64,000 nucleotides of DNA from Hymenobacter sp. (GTDB lineage: Bacteria; Bacteroidota; Bacteroidia; Cytophagales; Hymenobacteraceae), in contig JAQBNT010000286.1 in NCBI GenBank assembly GCA_028288445.1, positions 57 to 64,056 of the forward strand. The letters are read 5' to 3'. Shown here piece by piece: positions 54,937 to 64,000 of the stretch; within the stretch, counting starts at the first letter, position 1, and each line of letters begins with the position of its first letter. Below the pieces are notes generated by a model that saw only the letters and a list, made by a program, of their open reading frames with translations, made no database searches and was not told where the DNA came from. The position numbers and the translations under genes were made by a program.

Positions 54937-56517
54937 TTAGTAGCCATCATTCTGCCCCAGCGTGGCCATCCCGTTCAGGTCGATGGACGTTTGCGGGATG
55001 GGCAGCAGCAGCTTTTTGGTGGTGAGGCCGGAAACCGGGGCGGGGTTCAGGCGCGTCACGCGGTCGATGAGCGTGCCGGTGCGCAGGAGGGTGAGGCGGC
55101 GCTGCTCCTCCCCTATCAGCTCGCGGGCGCGCTCGTCGAGGATGAAATCGAGCGTCATCTGGCCGGCCGAAACCGGGGCGGCCTGGGCGCGGGTGCGCAG
55201 CTCGTTGATGCTGATGGCGGCGTCAGTCGTTTTGCCCTGCTTCACCTGCGCCTCGGCCAGCAGCAGGTAGGTTTCGCCCAGGCGCATCATCGGCAGGTCC
55301 TTGATGGTGCCGAAACCGAATGTATCGGTGGGGTCAAACTGGTTCCACTTGGTGGTGTAGGGCGTGATGAAGAAGATGGTATCCGAGCCGGTGAGGCCCG
55401 TCACGCGCTTGCCGTAGAGTGCGGGAACGGCGGGATTGTTATAGTAGAAACGGCGCTTGATGTTGTACTTCGAGTTGCGCATGTCGGGGCCGTTGTTGTA
55501 TAGGCGGTAATCCACCCAGTTGCTGAGGCGCAGGCGGCCCAAGCCGCGCCCGCCCAGGGAGTCGACCAGCAGCATGCCGTTCACGTTGTAGTAGGCCGGT
55601 ACCCACACGCGGCGCTGCTGGGCGCTGGTGGTGCCGCCGGGTATCAGCAACTGTTGCTCAATGCCCCAAATCAGCTCGGTATTGCCCTGATTGCGGCGCT
55701 GATTGCCGATGATGAACATATCGGAGAAGTAGTCGCCCGGCTGGGTCGATTTCACCCCGTAGCGGGCCTTAATCAGGCTGTACTGGCCGCCAGTGATGAC
55801 TTCTTTCAGCTGCGTTTCGGCCAGCGCGGGCTGGTTGGTGCGCAGGTACACTTCCCCGAGCAGCTGCTGGGCCGCGCCCTTCGTGATGCGGCCCGAAGCG
55901 GCCTTGCTGGCCAGAAACAGCTTGGGAATGGCCGTGGTCAGGTCATTGATGATAAACGTATTCACCTGGGCGATGGGCGTGCGGGTGAAGTCGGTGCGCG
56001 GCGTGGTCACGGGCTGCTCAATCAGCGGCACGTCGCCCCAGAGCGTCACCAGGAAGTTGTAGGCGTAGGCGCGGTAGAAGCGGGCCTCGCCGCTGATGCG
56101 GTCCTTGTAGCCCTGGCGCAGGGTGCCGGGCGCGGTGGCCGCCCCCTGGATAATCTGGTTGCAGTTGTTGATGGTGCGGTAGGCCCAGCTCCACATCACG
56201 CCGGCGGCCACGTCCTGCGAGTTCAGCAGGGTGTAGTTGTAGTAAGGAATCTCGGCGCCCTGCACCTGGCCGGGAATGGCCACGTCGGTGCCGAGCTGCA
56301 TCATGCCCAGCAGGCCCTGCTCATCGGAGCGGGTATACTGCTCACGCACCACGGATTGCAGGCCGGCCATGGCGGCCTCGAAGCCCAGCGAATCGGTCAG
56401 CACGGTTTGGGGCGTGTAGAGCGACTTGGGGGCTTCGTCGAGGAAATCTTTCTTACAGGAGCTCAGCAGCTGGGCGGCTGCCAGCAGGGCCAGGCCCATT
56501 AATCCAATGCGTTTCAT
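54937..56517 (-). CDS. susD: SusD/RagB family lipoprotein
   Basis: Lipobox LSSC after ATG 56517; GEARFYRAYAY, WGDVPL, MRLGETYLLLAEA, ILDERAREL.GE..R. Confidence 0.95.
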   Translation of the reverse strand: MKRIGLMGLALLAAAQLLSSCKKDFLDEAPKSLYTPQTVLTDSLGFEAAMAGLQSVVREQYTRSDEQGLLGMMQLGTDVAIPGQVQGAEIPYYNYTLLNSQDVAAGVMWSWAYRTINNCNQIIQGAATAPGTLRQGYKDRISGEARFYRAYAYNFLVTLWGDVPLIEQPVTTPRTDFTRTPIAQVNTFIINDLTTAIPKLFLASKAASGRITKGAAQQLLGEVYLRTNQPALAETQLKEVITGGQYSLIKARYGVKSTQPGDYFSDMFIIGNQRRNQGNTELIWGIEQQLLIPGGTTSAQQRRVWVPAYYNVNGMLLVDSLGGRGLGRLRLSNWVDYRLYNNGPDMRNSKYNIKRRFYYNNPAVPALYGKRVTGLTGSDTIFFITPYTTKWNQFDPTDTFGFGTIKDLPMMRLGETYLLLAEAQVKQGKTTDAAISINELRTRAQAAPVSAGQMTLDFILDERARELIGEEQRRLTLLRTGTLIDRVTRLNPAPVSGLTTKKLLLPIPQTSIDLNGMATLGQNDGY

Positions 56518-56549
56518 ATATCGGGAGCGGTAAGTCGGGTGGGATGGGA

Positions 56550-59500
56550 TTACAGAGTCAGGTTCAGGCCGAACACGAAGGTCCTGAGCTGCGGGAAGTT
56601 GGGGTTGGTACCCGTGCCGGGGTTGCCGAGCGTGGTCAGGTTGTCCACGTTGCCGGAACCGTTGCCCAGGGTGTAGCCCTGCTCGGGGTCCCAGCCCACC
56701 CACTTGGTCCAGGTGTAGAGGTTGCGGCCGCTCACGTAGACGGATACGCCGCCCATTTTCAGGCGCTCGGTCAGCGACGCGGGCAGCGAGTAGCTCAGTG
56801 TCACGTCTTTGAGGCGGGTGTAGCTGGCGTTGGTGGGGTAGCCGTACTGGCGGGTGTTGTAGAAGTTCAGGCCGGGGCGGTCCTGGCTGGCGTTGGTGGG
56901 CGTCCAGTAGCCCACCTCCTGTGGCGTGTTGAGACGGCCGCCCAGGTCCACGAAGTTCAGGATACCGTTGTTTTTCAGGATGCCCTGCGCCGTTTGCAGG
57001 AACACGCGCAGGCTCAGCCCCTTGTAGGTAAAGGTGTTGGTGAGGCCGGCCGTGTAGTCGGGCAGCGTCGAACCCTGGTATTCGCGGTCGCCGGTGTCAA
57101 TTTTCTTGTCGCCGTTCAGGTCCGCAAATTTCAGGTCGCCGGGCTTGGCGCCGGGGTCCTGCTGCGAGGGGTCTTCGCCCACCTGCCACACGCCAATCTT
57201 GCGGTAGTCGTAGATGGCACCCAGCGGCCGGCCCAGAAAACGGCGGTTGCCGATGTCGTCGGTGCTGGTGTAGCCCAACTCCAGCAGCCGGTTGCGGTTG
57301 GCCGAGATGTTGAAGGCCGACGACCAGCTAAAATCCGCTTTCTGGATATTCACCGTATTCAGCGTCAGCTCGATGCCCTTGTTCTGCACCCGCCCAATGT
57401 TGTCGAGAATGGAGGTGTAGCCCGAGATAACCGGAATCTGGCGAGCCAGCAGCAGGTCCTTGGTGGTGGCATCGTAGTATTCGAGGCTACCGGTGATGCG
57501 GTTTTTCAACAGGCCAAAGTCGATGGCGTAGTTGGCGCTGGTGGTTTGCTCCCACTTCAGGTTGGCGTTGCCGATGTTGTTGGCCCGCACGCCCACTGCC
57601 GCCACGCCGCCGTAAGCGTACTGGAGCAATTCGCCGCCCGTAATGGTCTGGTAAGGCGTGATGCCTTCGTTGCCGGTAGTGCCGTACGAGAAGCGCAGCT
57701 TCAGTACGTTCAGGATAGAATTATCCTTCAGGAAAGCCTCATTGGCCACGTTCCAGCCCACGGCTACCGAGGGGAAAACTGCGTATTTATCCGCGTTAGC
57801 CCCGAACACCGAGGAGCCGTCGCGCCGGGCCGTGGCCGTGAACAGGTAGCGGCTGTCGTAGGAATAGTTCACGCGGGCCATCTGCGATTCCAGGCGGCGC
57901 ATCTCGCTGTAGGAGCGAATCGTGGGCGTGTTCGAACCCGAGCCGATGCTGTTGAAGCCAATCTGGTCGTTGATAAAGCCGCTGGCGTTTTCCGTAGTCG
58001 TGAAAAATTTGTTCTGCTGGGCACTTTGCACCAGCGTCACGTCAACGTGGTGCTTGTCAATGTCTTTGTTGTAAGACAGCACGTTCTCCACCGTGTAGTT
58101 GGGCCGCTCCTCGTTCACCAGCGCCGCCGAGCCGCGCAGGTCGCCGCCCTGCCGGCCCACATAGCTGGCGAAGCGGTAGGTGCGGTAGCCGTAGGTCACG
58201 TTCAGGCGGTATTTCAGGCCGCTCAGGAAGGTGGGGGCCACCTCCAGGTAGCCCGTGCCGGTGAGCTGGTTCACGCGGCTTTCGCGGGTAGTGGTGGTGC
58301 CAATCAGCGGGTTATTGAAAAGCTGCTCGGGCTGCTGCGGGAAAATGGTGTAAGTGCCATCGGGGTTATACACGTTGCCGTAGGGGCTGGCAATCTGGGC
58401 CGAGCTGAGGTTGGCGCGGCCGCCGCCGTCGTCGTTGTTGGCGTAGAAGGCCGAGGTGCCCACCCGCAGCCAGTTGGTCAGGTTGGCATCAATATTCGTC
58501 CGGAAGCTGATGCGCTGGTACTGATACCCTTTGATGATGCCCTGCTGCTTGAAGTAGTCGCCCGATACGAAGTATTTCACGTCGTCGTTGCCGCCCGAAA
58601 TCGACACGTTGTGGTCTTGGATAAAGCCCTGCTGCTTAATCAGCTCCATCCAGTCCACGGTACGGCCGGCGTTGTAGTTATCCACCTCGCTCAGGTTGGG
58701 AACGTGGCCAAAGGTGATGCCCCGCTGCCGGGTAAACTCCTCGTACTTCGCCGCGAACTCCGGCCCGTTCAGCGGGTGCAGCTTGTCCACCATGTACTCC
58801 GGCCCGGCGTAGCCCGCGTAGCGAATCTGGGGCTTGCCGGTTTTGCCGCGCTTGGTAGTCACCAGAATCACGCCGTTGGAGCCTTTCGTGCCATAAATAG
58901 CCGTCGAAGAAGCGTCCTTCAGAATCTCAATCGAGGCAATGTCGTTGGTGTTGATGTCGTTGAGATTGCCCGCAAACGGCAGCCCGTCCACAATCAGATA
59001 CGGGTCGGTATTAGCCGTAATGGAGCGCACCCCGCGAATCTGAATGCTGGACTGCGAGCCCGGCACGCCCGAGCCGCTGGTGACCTGCACGCCCGCCACC
59101 GCGCCCTGCAGGGCCTGGGCCACGTTGGCCACGGGCAGCTTTTCCAGCCGGTCCTGCGGCACCGATACCACCGAGCCCGTCACGTCGGAGCGCTTCTGGG
59201 TGCCGTAGCCCACCACCACTACCTCGTTCAGGTCCTGGGTGTCGGGGGCCAGCTTCACGGTGAAGGTGCTCTGGCTGCCCACCGCAATTTCCTGCTTCAC
59301 GTAGCCCACAAAGGAGATGACCAGCGTGGGCGCGGCCGTACCGTTGGGGATGGCCAGCGTGAAGCGGCCCTCGTTATCGGTGGAGGTGCCCACGGTCGTG
59401 CCCTTCAGCACCACCGTCACGCCGGGCAGGCCCGCGCCCTTCTCATCGAGCACGGTGCCCGAGATGGTGCCCTCCGCCGCCGGCGCGGCCAGCCCGTGGG

Positions 59501-59588
59501 CCAGCAGCGGAGCCTCGGCCCGGCTGGCAGTGGGTTGGAGCGCGGCGAGGGGCAGCGCTCCGCAAAGGAGTAAAAGTTTTGCCTGCAT
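56550..59588 (-). CDS. susC: SusC/RagA TonB-dependent transporter
   Basis: NEVVVVGYG, ILKDASSTAIYGTKGSNGVILVTTK, NLKWEQT, C-terminal RTFVFGLNLTL; start at ATG 59588. Confidence 0.97.
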   Translation of the reverse strand: MQAKLLLLCGALPLAALQPTASRAEAPLLAHGLAAPAAEGTISGTVLDEKGAGLPGVTVVLKGTTVGTSTDNEGRFTLAIPNGTAAPTLVISFVGYVKQEIAVGSQSTFTVKLAPDTQDLNEVVVVGYGTQKRSDVTGSVVSVPQDRLEKLPVANVAQALQGAVAGVQVTSGSGVPGSQSSIQIRGVRSITANTDPYLIVDGLPFAGNLNDINTNDIASIEILKDASSTAIYGTKGSNGVILVTTKRGKTGKPQIRYAGYAGPEYMVDKLHPLNGPEFAAKYEEFTRQRGITFGHVPNLSEVDNYNAGRTVDWMELIKQQGFIQDHNVSISGGNDDVKYFVSGDYFKQQGIIKGYQYQRISFRTNIDANLTNWLRVGTSAFYANNDDGGGRANLSSAQIASPYGNVYNPDGTYTIFPQQPEQLFNNPLIGTTTTRESRVNQLTGTGYLEVAPTFLSGLKYRLNVTYGYRTYRFASYVGRQGGDLRGSAALVNEERPNYTVENVLSYNKDIDKHHVDVTLVQSAQQNKFFTTTENASGFINDQIGFNSIGSGSNTPTIRSYSEMRRLESQMARVNYSYDSRYLFTATARRDGSSVFGANADKYAVFPSVAVGWNVANEAFLKDNSILNVLKLRFSYGTTGNEGITPYQTITGGELLQYAYGGVAAVGVRANNIGNANLKWEQTTSANYAIDFGLLKNRITGSLEYYDATTKDLLLARQIPVISGYTSILDNIGRVQNKGIELTLNTVNIQKADFSWSSAFNISANRNRLLELGYTSTDDIGNRRFLGRPLGAIYDYRKIGVWQVGEDPSQQDPGAKPGDLKFADLNGDKKIDTGDREYQGSTLPDYTAGLTNTFTYKGLSLRVFLQTAQGILKNNGILNFVDLGGRLNTPQEVGYWTPTNASQDRPGLNFYNTRQYGYPTNASYTRLKDVTLSYSLPASLTERLKMGGVSVYVSGRNLYTWTKWVGWDPEQGYTLGNGSGNVDNLTTLGNPGTGTNPNFPQLRTFVFGLNLTL

Positions 59589-59745
59589 GTGATTTAGGGA
59601 AAAAGGCAACTGGCGAAGGCTGCCCGGGGTGGGAATTATTGGGAATCTCAGGAGGTGTTTTCTGAGGTAAAAATACCGGCTTGCTAATGCGGCAGCCGGG
59701 GTGTTTTTAGGCAAAAAAGGGGGTCGAATTAGGCCTCAAAGCCAG

Positions 59746-59802
59746 ACAATCGATTGTGGGAATTCAGCCATTGTATTAATAATATGATACTTATATTATT
59801 AA
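59746..59802. promoter_or_regulatory. palindromic sites upstream of susC
   Basis: Perfect ACAATCGATTGT (59746-59757) and TTAATAATAT-N7-ATATTATTAA (59776-59802). Confidence 0.55.
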
Positions 59803-59842
59803 CAGCAGAAATCCGTCTTTCAGACCGCTGAATTGCGAAGTT

Positions 59843-59923
59843 GTAGAGACGCATACTTGCGCCTTGGCGCTGAACGGGTACTGTTGAACGATGCGAGCGC
59901 TGAGACGCAAGTATGCGTCTCTA
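59843..59923. repeat. GTAG-type REP-like palindromic element
   Basis: G+TAGAGACGCATACTTGCG / CGCAAGTATGCGTCTCTA, a perfect 18-bp inverted repeat. Confidence 0.85.
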
Positions 59924-59927
59924 AACC

Positions 59928-61085
59928 TTAAGGATTGACGCTCCCTTTGGCTTTGGCGGAGTCAAACGCGCTCAGGTTCCAGCGGGCGGCCCATTGCAGG
60001 CGGGGCTGGTCGCCCTCGAAGCGCAGCGGCAACCAGATGTAGCCGCCGTCGATGGGATTCTTCGGCGTCCAGCGGTCGGCCATGAAGATGAAGGCGTCTT
60101 TGCGGCCCGCCACCGGCAGCAGGCAGGTACTTTGGGAGTGGTAGGTGGAGTCGGCATCGGGGCCGGTGGCCGGGTTTTCCAGCTGCCGCCACGGCCCCCA
60201 GATGGACGAGGCCACGAACGAACGGGCCGCATTAGGAGCCCAGCCGGTGCAGCCGGAGGTGATGAGGTAGTACTTGCCGCCGCGCTTGCAGATGGCCGGG
60301 GCCTCGTTGTGCCCGGCCGGCGCAATGGTGTTCCAGCGCCCCGTGAATCCCTGGTAGTCAGCCGTCAGCTCGGCCACGTGCAGCGTTAGGTTTTCCTCGG
60401 ATGAGTGGATGTTGTAGGCCTTGCCGTCGTCGTCCACGAAGACGGTCATGTCGCGGGCCATCTGGCCGGGCGCAAAATCGCGGCGCACAAACAGGCCCTC
60501 GGCCACGGCTTTTTTCCACTCGGGGGTCCACCCTTTCAGGCTGGCCTCGTTGGGCGCGGGCTTCTTCCATTCCTCCCGGAAGCCCAGCGGCCACTGGCCC
60601 GCGCCCGGCCGGAAGGAACGCACGTAGCGGAACGGGCCGGTGGCTTTATCGCTCACCGCCAAGGCGGTGCGAGCGGCGGCGTAGCCTTTGCCCTTCAACT
60701 CCAGGTGGAACCACATCACGTACTTGCCGGTCTTTTTGTTGAACACCACCTTGGGCCGCTCGATGATGCTGCCCTGCTCTATTTCGGAGCCCGAGCCGGC
60801 GGGCGCTACCGCCAGGGCAATGCCCTCATCGGTCCAGTTATACAGGTCTTTGGAGGAGTAGCAGTGCACGCCCACCTGGGCGCTGTTGCCCTTGTCGCCC
60901 GCAATCTTGTGCTCGCCAAACAGATAGTAGCGTCCCTGGTCGTAGAGCACCCCCGCGCCGTGGGCGTTCAGGTGCGTGCCTTTGTTATCGGGCCACACCT
61001 TGCCGGGCTCGAAGGCCGTGCGCTGCTGCGCCTGGGCCAGGCCGGCCACCGCCAGCAACGCGGTTATCAGGAGAGACTTTTTCAT
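59928..61085 (-). CDS. GH43_24-like exo-beta-1,3-galactanase
   Basis: NAHGAGV, GEHK, IERPKV, RDMTVFVDDDG, SSEEN, EAPA, SQST, DRW. Confidence 0.88.
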   Translation of the reverse strand: MKKSLLITALLAVAGLAQAQQRTAFEPGKVWPDNKGTHLNAHGAGVLYDQGRYYLFGEHKIAGDKGNSAQVGVHCYSSKDLYNWTDEGIALAVAPAGSGSEIEQGSIIERPKVVFNKKTGKYVMWFHLELKGKGYAAARTALAVSDKATGPFRYVRSFRPGAGQWPLGFREEWKKPAPNEASLKGWTPEWKKAVAEGLFVRRDFAPGQMARDMTVFVDDDGKAYNIHSSEENLTLHVAELTADYQGFTGRWNTIAPAGHNEAPAICKRGGKYYLITSGCTGWAPNAARSFVASSIWGPWRQLENPATGPDADSTYHSQSTCLLPVAGRKDAFIFMADRWTPKNPIDGGYIWLPLRFEGDQPRLQWAARWNLSAFDSAKAKGSVNP

Positions 61086-61087
61086 GA

Positions 61088-62971
61088 CTAGAGGCTGGCT
61101 GCAGCCGGTTGCAACTCACTGAGGATGGAATGATTGAGGAAGGGCAGCGCCGTCTGGCGGGGCTTGAGCAGCTCCAGCACCTTGATTTCGTTGGCGCCTT
61201 TTTTCAGCCATTCGGCGGGCACGTAGAGGGTTTGCTGCGGGCCGATGGCCCAGTAGCGGCCCAGGTTGTGGCCATTCACCCACACGCTGCCCTTGCCCCA
61301 GGCGCGCAGGTCGAGGTAGGTATCCACGGGCTGGGCGACGGTGAAAGTGGCCGAGCGCAGCACCGGTCCGCTGGCAGCAGCCGGGGCAGTTGCGGCGGCC
61401 TTCGCCACAGCCGGGGCCTGGTCGAAGGGCAGGCCGTACATCCGCCATTCTTTCAGCTCTTTGCCATCCAACTGCGCGCTTTTGGTGATGCCTTTGGTGT
61501 TCTGGAGCAGGTACTCGCCGAAGTTGACGCGGCCCATGTTCTCCACCAGAATATCAAGCTGCACGGGGCCGGCGGGCAGCGTCAGTTTCAGCTGGTCCTG
61601 CCGCAGGCGGCGGTCGAGGGTGCCCACGCGCTGGCCGTTCACCATGATTACCGCGTAGTCGCGCAGGTCATTCAATTTCAGCGTTTTGGTGCCGCCGCCG
61701 GCCACGGTGGCACGGTAGAGCACGAAGCCGTAGGCCTGTTTCAGGGCTTCGAAGGTGAGGGGTGTGGCGCTGGCCACGGGCGCGGGCAGGCGGTCGAGCA
61801 AGCTCACGGCTTTGGTAAGTTGCAGAGCCGGCAGGGCGGCGCTGGGGCGGGCGGCCGGCACGGGCGGCAGGGGCTGCCCGGCGGGCCGGTATTTGGCAAT
61901 AACTTCTCTAAAGGCCAGAAACTTGGGAGTAGCGTTGCCGGCTTCATCGAGGGGCGCGTCGTAGTCGTAGCTGCTCACCTGGGGCTCGTAGTGCGAGCTG
62001 TCGCCCTTGTAGTTGGCCCCGTTCATGAAGCCGCGCGTGCTGCCGCCGTGGAACATGTACATGTTGATGGACATGCCCGCTTTCAGCACCGAATCGAGGC
62101 CCGGCGTGTACTTGCTGGCGGGCACGGTGTGGTGCTTGGTGCCCCACCAGTCGAACCACGCGGGGTACCACTCGGCCACATAGTAGGGGCCCTTGCCGCC
62201 GTGGTTGGCCCGCACCAGCTGGCGGATTTGGCTGGGCTTGTCGGTGCCATTCACGGCGGGCAGCAGGCCGTCGAGGTGGCCGGCAGCTACATCCGTCACG
62301 GGGTCGCAGGTGTAGAGCAGGCCATCGAAGCCGACTTCCTCAAACATCTTCTTATTCGAGGCTAGATAGGCTTTATCTGAGCCGTAGGAACCGTACTCGT
62401 TTTCCACCTGTACCATCAGGATGGGGCCGCCGTGGTTGACTTGCAACGGGGCCAGCTGCTTGGCCACGGCCTGCAAATAGCGCCGGTAGGCGGCCACGTA
62501 CTGCGGCTCCTGGCTGCGCACTTTCAGGCCGGGCACGTTCTGGAGCCAGTAGGGGTAGCCGCCGAATTCCCACTCGGCACACACGTAGGGGCTGGGCCGC
62601 AGCACCACCCACAGGCCTTCCTCTTGGGCCATCTTCACGAAGGCGGCCACGTCGTTGTTGCCCGTGAAGTCGTACTTCCCCGGCTGGGGCTCGTGCGCGT
62701 TCCAGAACACGTAGGTACCTACCGTGTTCAAGCCCATGGCTTTGGCCATTTTGAGGCGGGCGCGCCAAGCCTCGCGGGGAATGCGCGGGTAGTGCAGCTC
62801 GCCCGAAATCATCTGAAAGGGCTTGCCGTCCAGCAGGAAATTATCGGCGGAAAGGCCGAAGGTGTGGGTGGTTGGCGGCGTAGGTGGCGCGCTGCCCAGG
62901 CCCAGGCCGGCCACTGCCAGTAGAGGCAGTACGCGGCGCAGATGACGGGAAAACGAAGGAAGGGTGGGCAC
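61088..62971 (-). CDS. GH35 beta-galactosidase
   Basis: SGELHYPRIP, YVFWNAHEP, PYVCAEWEFGG, VQVENEYG, YMFHGG, SSYDYDAPLDEAG, GRYWAIGPQ. Confidence 0.95.
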   Translation of the reverse strand: MPTLPSFSRHLRRVLPLLAVAGLGLGSAPPTPPTTHTFGLSADNFLLDGKPFQMISGELHYPRIPREAWRARLKMAKAMGLNTVGTYVFWNAHEPQPGKYDFTGNNDVAAFVKMAQEEGLWVVLRPSPYVCAEWEFGGYPYWLQNVPGLKVRSQEPQYVAAYRRYLQAVAKQLAPLQVNHGGPILMVQVENEYGSYGSDKAYLASNKKMFEEVGFDGLLYTCDPVTDVAAGHLDGLLPAVNGTDKPSQIRQLVRANHGGKGPYYVAEWYPAWFDWWGTKHHTVPASKYTPGLDSVLKAGMSINMYMFHGGSTRGFMNGANYKGDSSHYEPQVSSYDYDAPLDEAGNATPKFLAFREVIAKYRPAGQPLPPVPAARPSAALPALQLTKAVSLLDRLPAPVASATPLTFEALKQAYGFVLYRATVAGGGTKTLKLNDLRDYAVIMVNGQRVGTLDRRLRQDQLKLTLPAGPVQLDILVENMGRVNFGEYLLQNTKGITKSAQLDGKELKEWRMYGLPFDQAPAVAKAAATAPAAASGPVLRSATFTVAQPVDTYLDLRAWGKGSVWVNGHNLGRYWAIGPQQTLYVPAEWLKKGANEIKVLELLKPRQTALPFLNHSILSELQPAAASL

Positions 62972-63276
62972 GTTTGGGTATCGTTAAATGGGTAGGTTCT
63001 CCGGTTGGATGTAGGATGCTATTGAGTCTTTTAGGAAAAATTGCGAAGGCAAAACTACCGGCGGGTTACAGGGATGCCGGGGGGTATTTTCGTTAAAAAG
63101 GCGGGTATAATTGGCCACCAGGGCCTGAAAACGTACCCGCTGCTTTGCTGGAAAGCACAGGATGCAATCCGATTACAAAACGATTACCTTGCCGGGCAAC
63201 CGGGGCAGTTTAATTCGCTGAACACCTCCCCGGCAGCCCGCTTACTCTTCCCGCTGCATCCAATTCCCACCACCAC

Positions 63277-64000
63277 GTGCAGACCTCGTTTGCCCTCCGA
63301 TGGGCTTTTTGCTTCCTCCTTCTTTTACTCTTGAGTCTTCGTGTGCAGGCCCAGGACGTGGCCCCCAGCGCCTTCCGCTTCGAGCACCTGACCGTGGACC
63401 AGGGCCTGTCGCACTCCGACGGCATGGCCGTGGCCCAAGACCGAGCCGGCTTCATCTGGGTGGGCACCAACCGGGGCATCGACCGCTACGACGGCTACCA
63501 CCTCAAGCAGTACATGCTGCCCATCAACCCGCACAACGGGGTTTCGGGCAACCGCATCAAGGCCCTGCACCTGGCCCCCGACGGCCGCCTGTGGGCCGGC
63601 ACCGAGCGCGCCGGCCTGGGCCTCTACGACGCGGCTGCCGACCGGCTCCTGAACTACAACGAGCAGCAGGTACCGGCAGCCTTCCGCCCGTTGATGCTGC
63701 GCCTGTCGCAGTGCAGCATTGCCGCGCTGGCGTCTGATAAGCAGGGCCGGCTGTGGGCTGGCACGCCCACCGAGGGGTTGTTTGTGCTGAGCTTCGACCG
63801 GCAGGGCCACCTCCGCGACCTGCGCCAGGTGCCGCCCCCGTCCAGCCAACCCACTGAGCAATACAATATAACCAGCCTGGCCACCGATGCGGAAGGTAAG
63901 GTGTGGGTGGGCACTTTCAACCACGGCCTGCGCGTGATTCGGCCCGAAAACCAGGCCCTGACTGCCGAGCCCACCGAGGTGAGCCAGCCGGTGCGCGTGC
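63277..64000 (+). CDS. 5' part of a hybrid two-component system sensor (Reg_prop beta-propeller), runs off the window
   Basis: Frame not in the ORF track (no stop before the window end): GTG 63277 gives signal peptide then FRFEHLTVDQGLSHSD..AVAQDRAGFIWVGTNRGIDRYDGY, GRLWAGT repeats. Confidence 0.88.
   Translation, partial: MQTSFALRWAFCFLLLLLLSLRVQAQDVAPSAFRFEHLTVDQGLSHSDGMAVAQDRAGFIWVGTNRGIDRYDGYHLKQYMLPINPHNGVSGNRIKALHLAPDGRLWAGTERAGLGLYDAAADRLLNYNEQQVPAAFRPLMLRLSQCSIAALASDKQGRLWAGTPTEGLFVLSFDRQGHLRDLRQVPPPSSQPTEQYNITSLATDAEGKVWVGTFNHGLRVIRPENQALTAEPTEVSQPVRV

Noticed and set aside
15381-59923. Treating the repeated palindromes as a CRISPR array or as IS ends
   Set aside because: They are dispersed, not tandem with spacers; there is no cas or transposase gene and no clear target-site duplications.
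63300-63737. ORF-track protein 63300-63737 as the last gene
   Set aside because: Wrong frame; the real HTCS sensor frame starts at GTG 63277 and runs off the window.
1873-63974. Many long Arg/Gly/Ala-rich ORFs antisense or out of frame to real genes (e.g. 56544-59573, 53119-54774, 31652-32929)
   Set aside because: Shadow ORFs caused by high GC3 in the real genes; no domain motifs.
1-64000. rRNA, tRNA or known riboswitch
   Set aside because: No recognisable tRNA cloverleaf, rRNA or riboswitch consensus was seen by eye; an Infernal/tRNAscan run would be needed to exclude them fully.

Overview
High-GC Bacteroidota chromosome segment (T9SS C-terminal domains, SusC/SusD pairs, TAnnTTTG-type promoters; resembles Hymenobacter, which is an inference). 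Four blocks. (1) About 1-1.8 kb: visibly lower-GC patch of hypothetical and decayed ORFs. (2) About 1.9-22.7 kb: alginate utilisation locus (PL6, SDR, PL17, KdgF, ExuT-like MFS, SusC/D, esterase, LacI) with three T9SS cargo genes; two of these share a near-palindromic operator with the lyase operon. (3) About 22.8-48.2 kb: a 25-kb stress/hypoxia-like island. It has a FixL-like PAS kinase, a REC-CRP/FNR hybrid regulator, seven USPs, a six-BON protein, PfkB, an atypical pyruvate kinase, a Kef-like antiporter, two HemF paralogues and an amidohydrolase; the last three have lost catalytic residues. Eight promoters in this island share a fixed architecture: a TGAY-N4-RTCA box (tandem, 22-23 bp apart, in five of them) followed exactly 22 bp later by an nAnnTTTR -7 element. 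This is the most striking candidate new system. (4) About 48.2-64 kb: arabinogalactan-protein-type PUL (PL42/GH145, GH43-GH43, GH154/DUF2264, SusC/D, GH43_24, GH35, 5' part of an HTCS). Several REP/MITE-like palindromes lie in intergenic spaces. No rRNA, tRNA, CRISPR array or transposase was seen. Many CDS starts were refined from the ORF track to the nearest plausible ATG/GTG. All family assignments come from motif recognition by eye, not from database searches.
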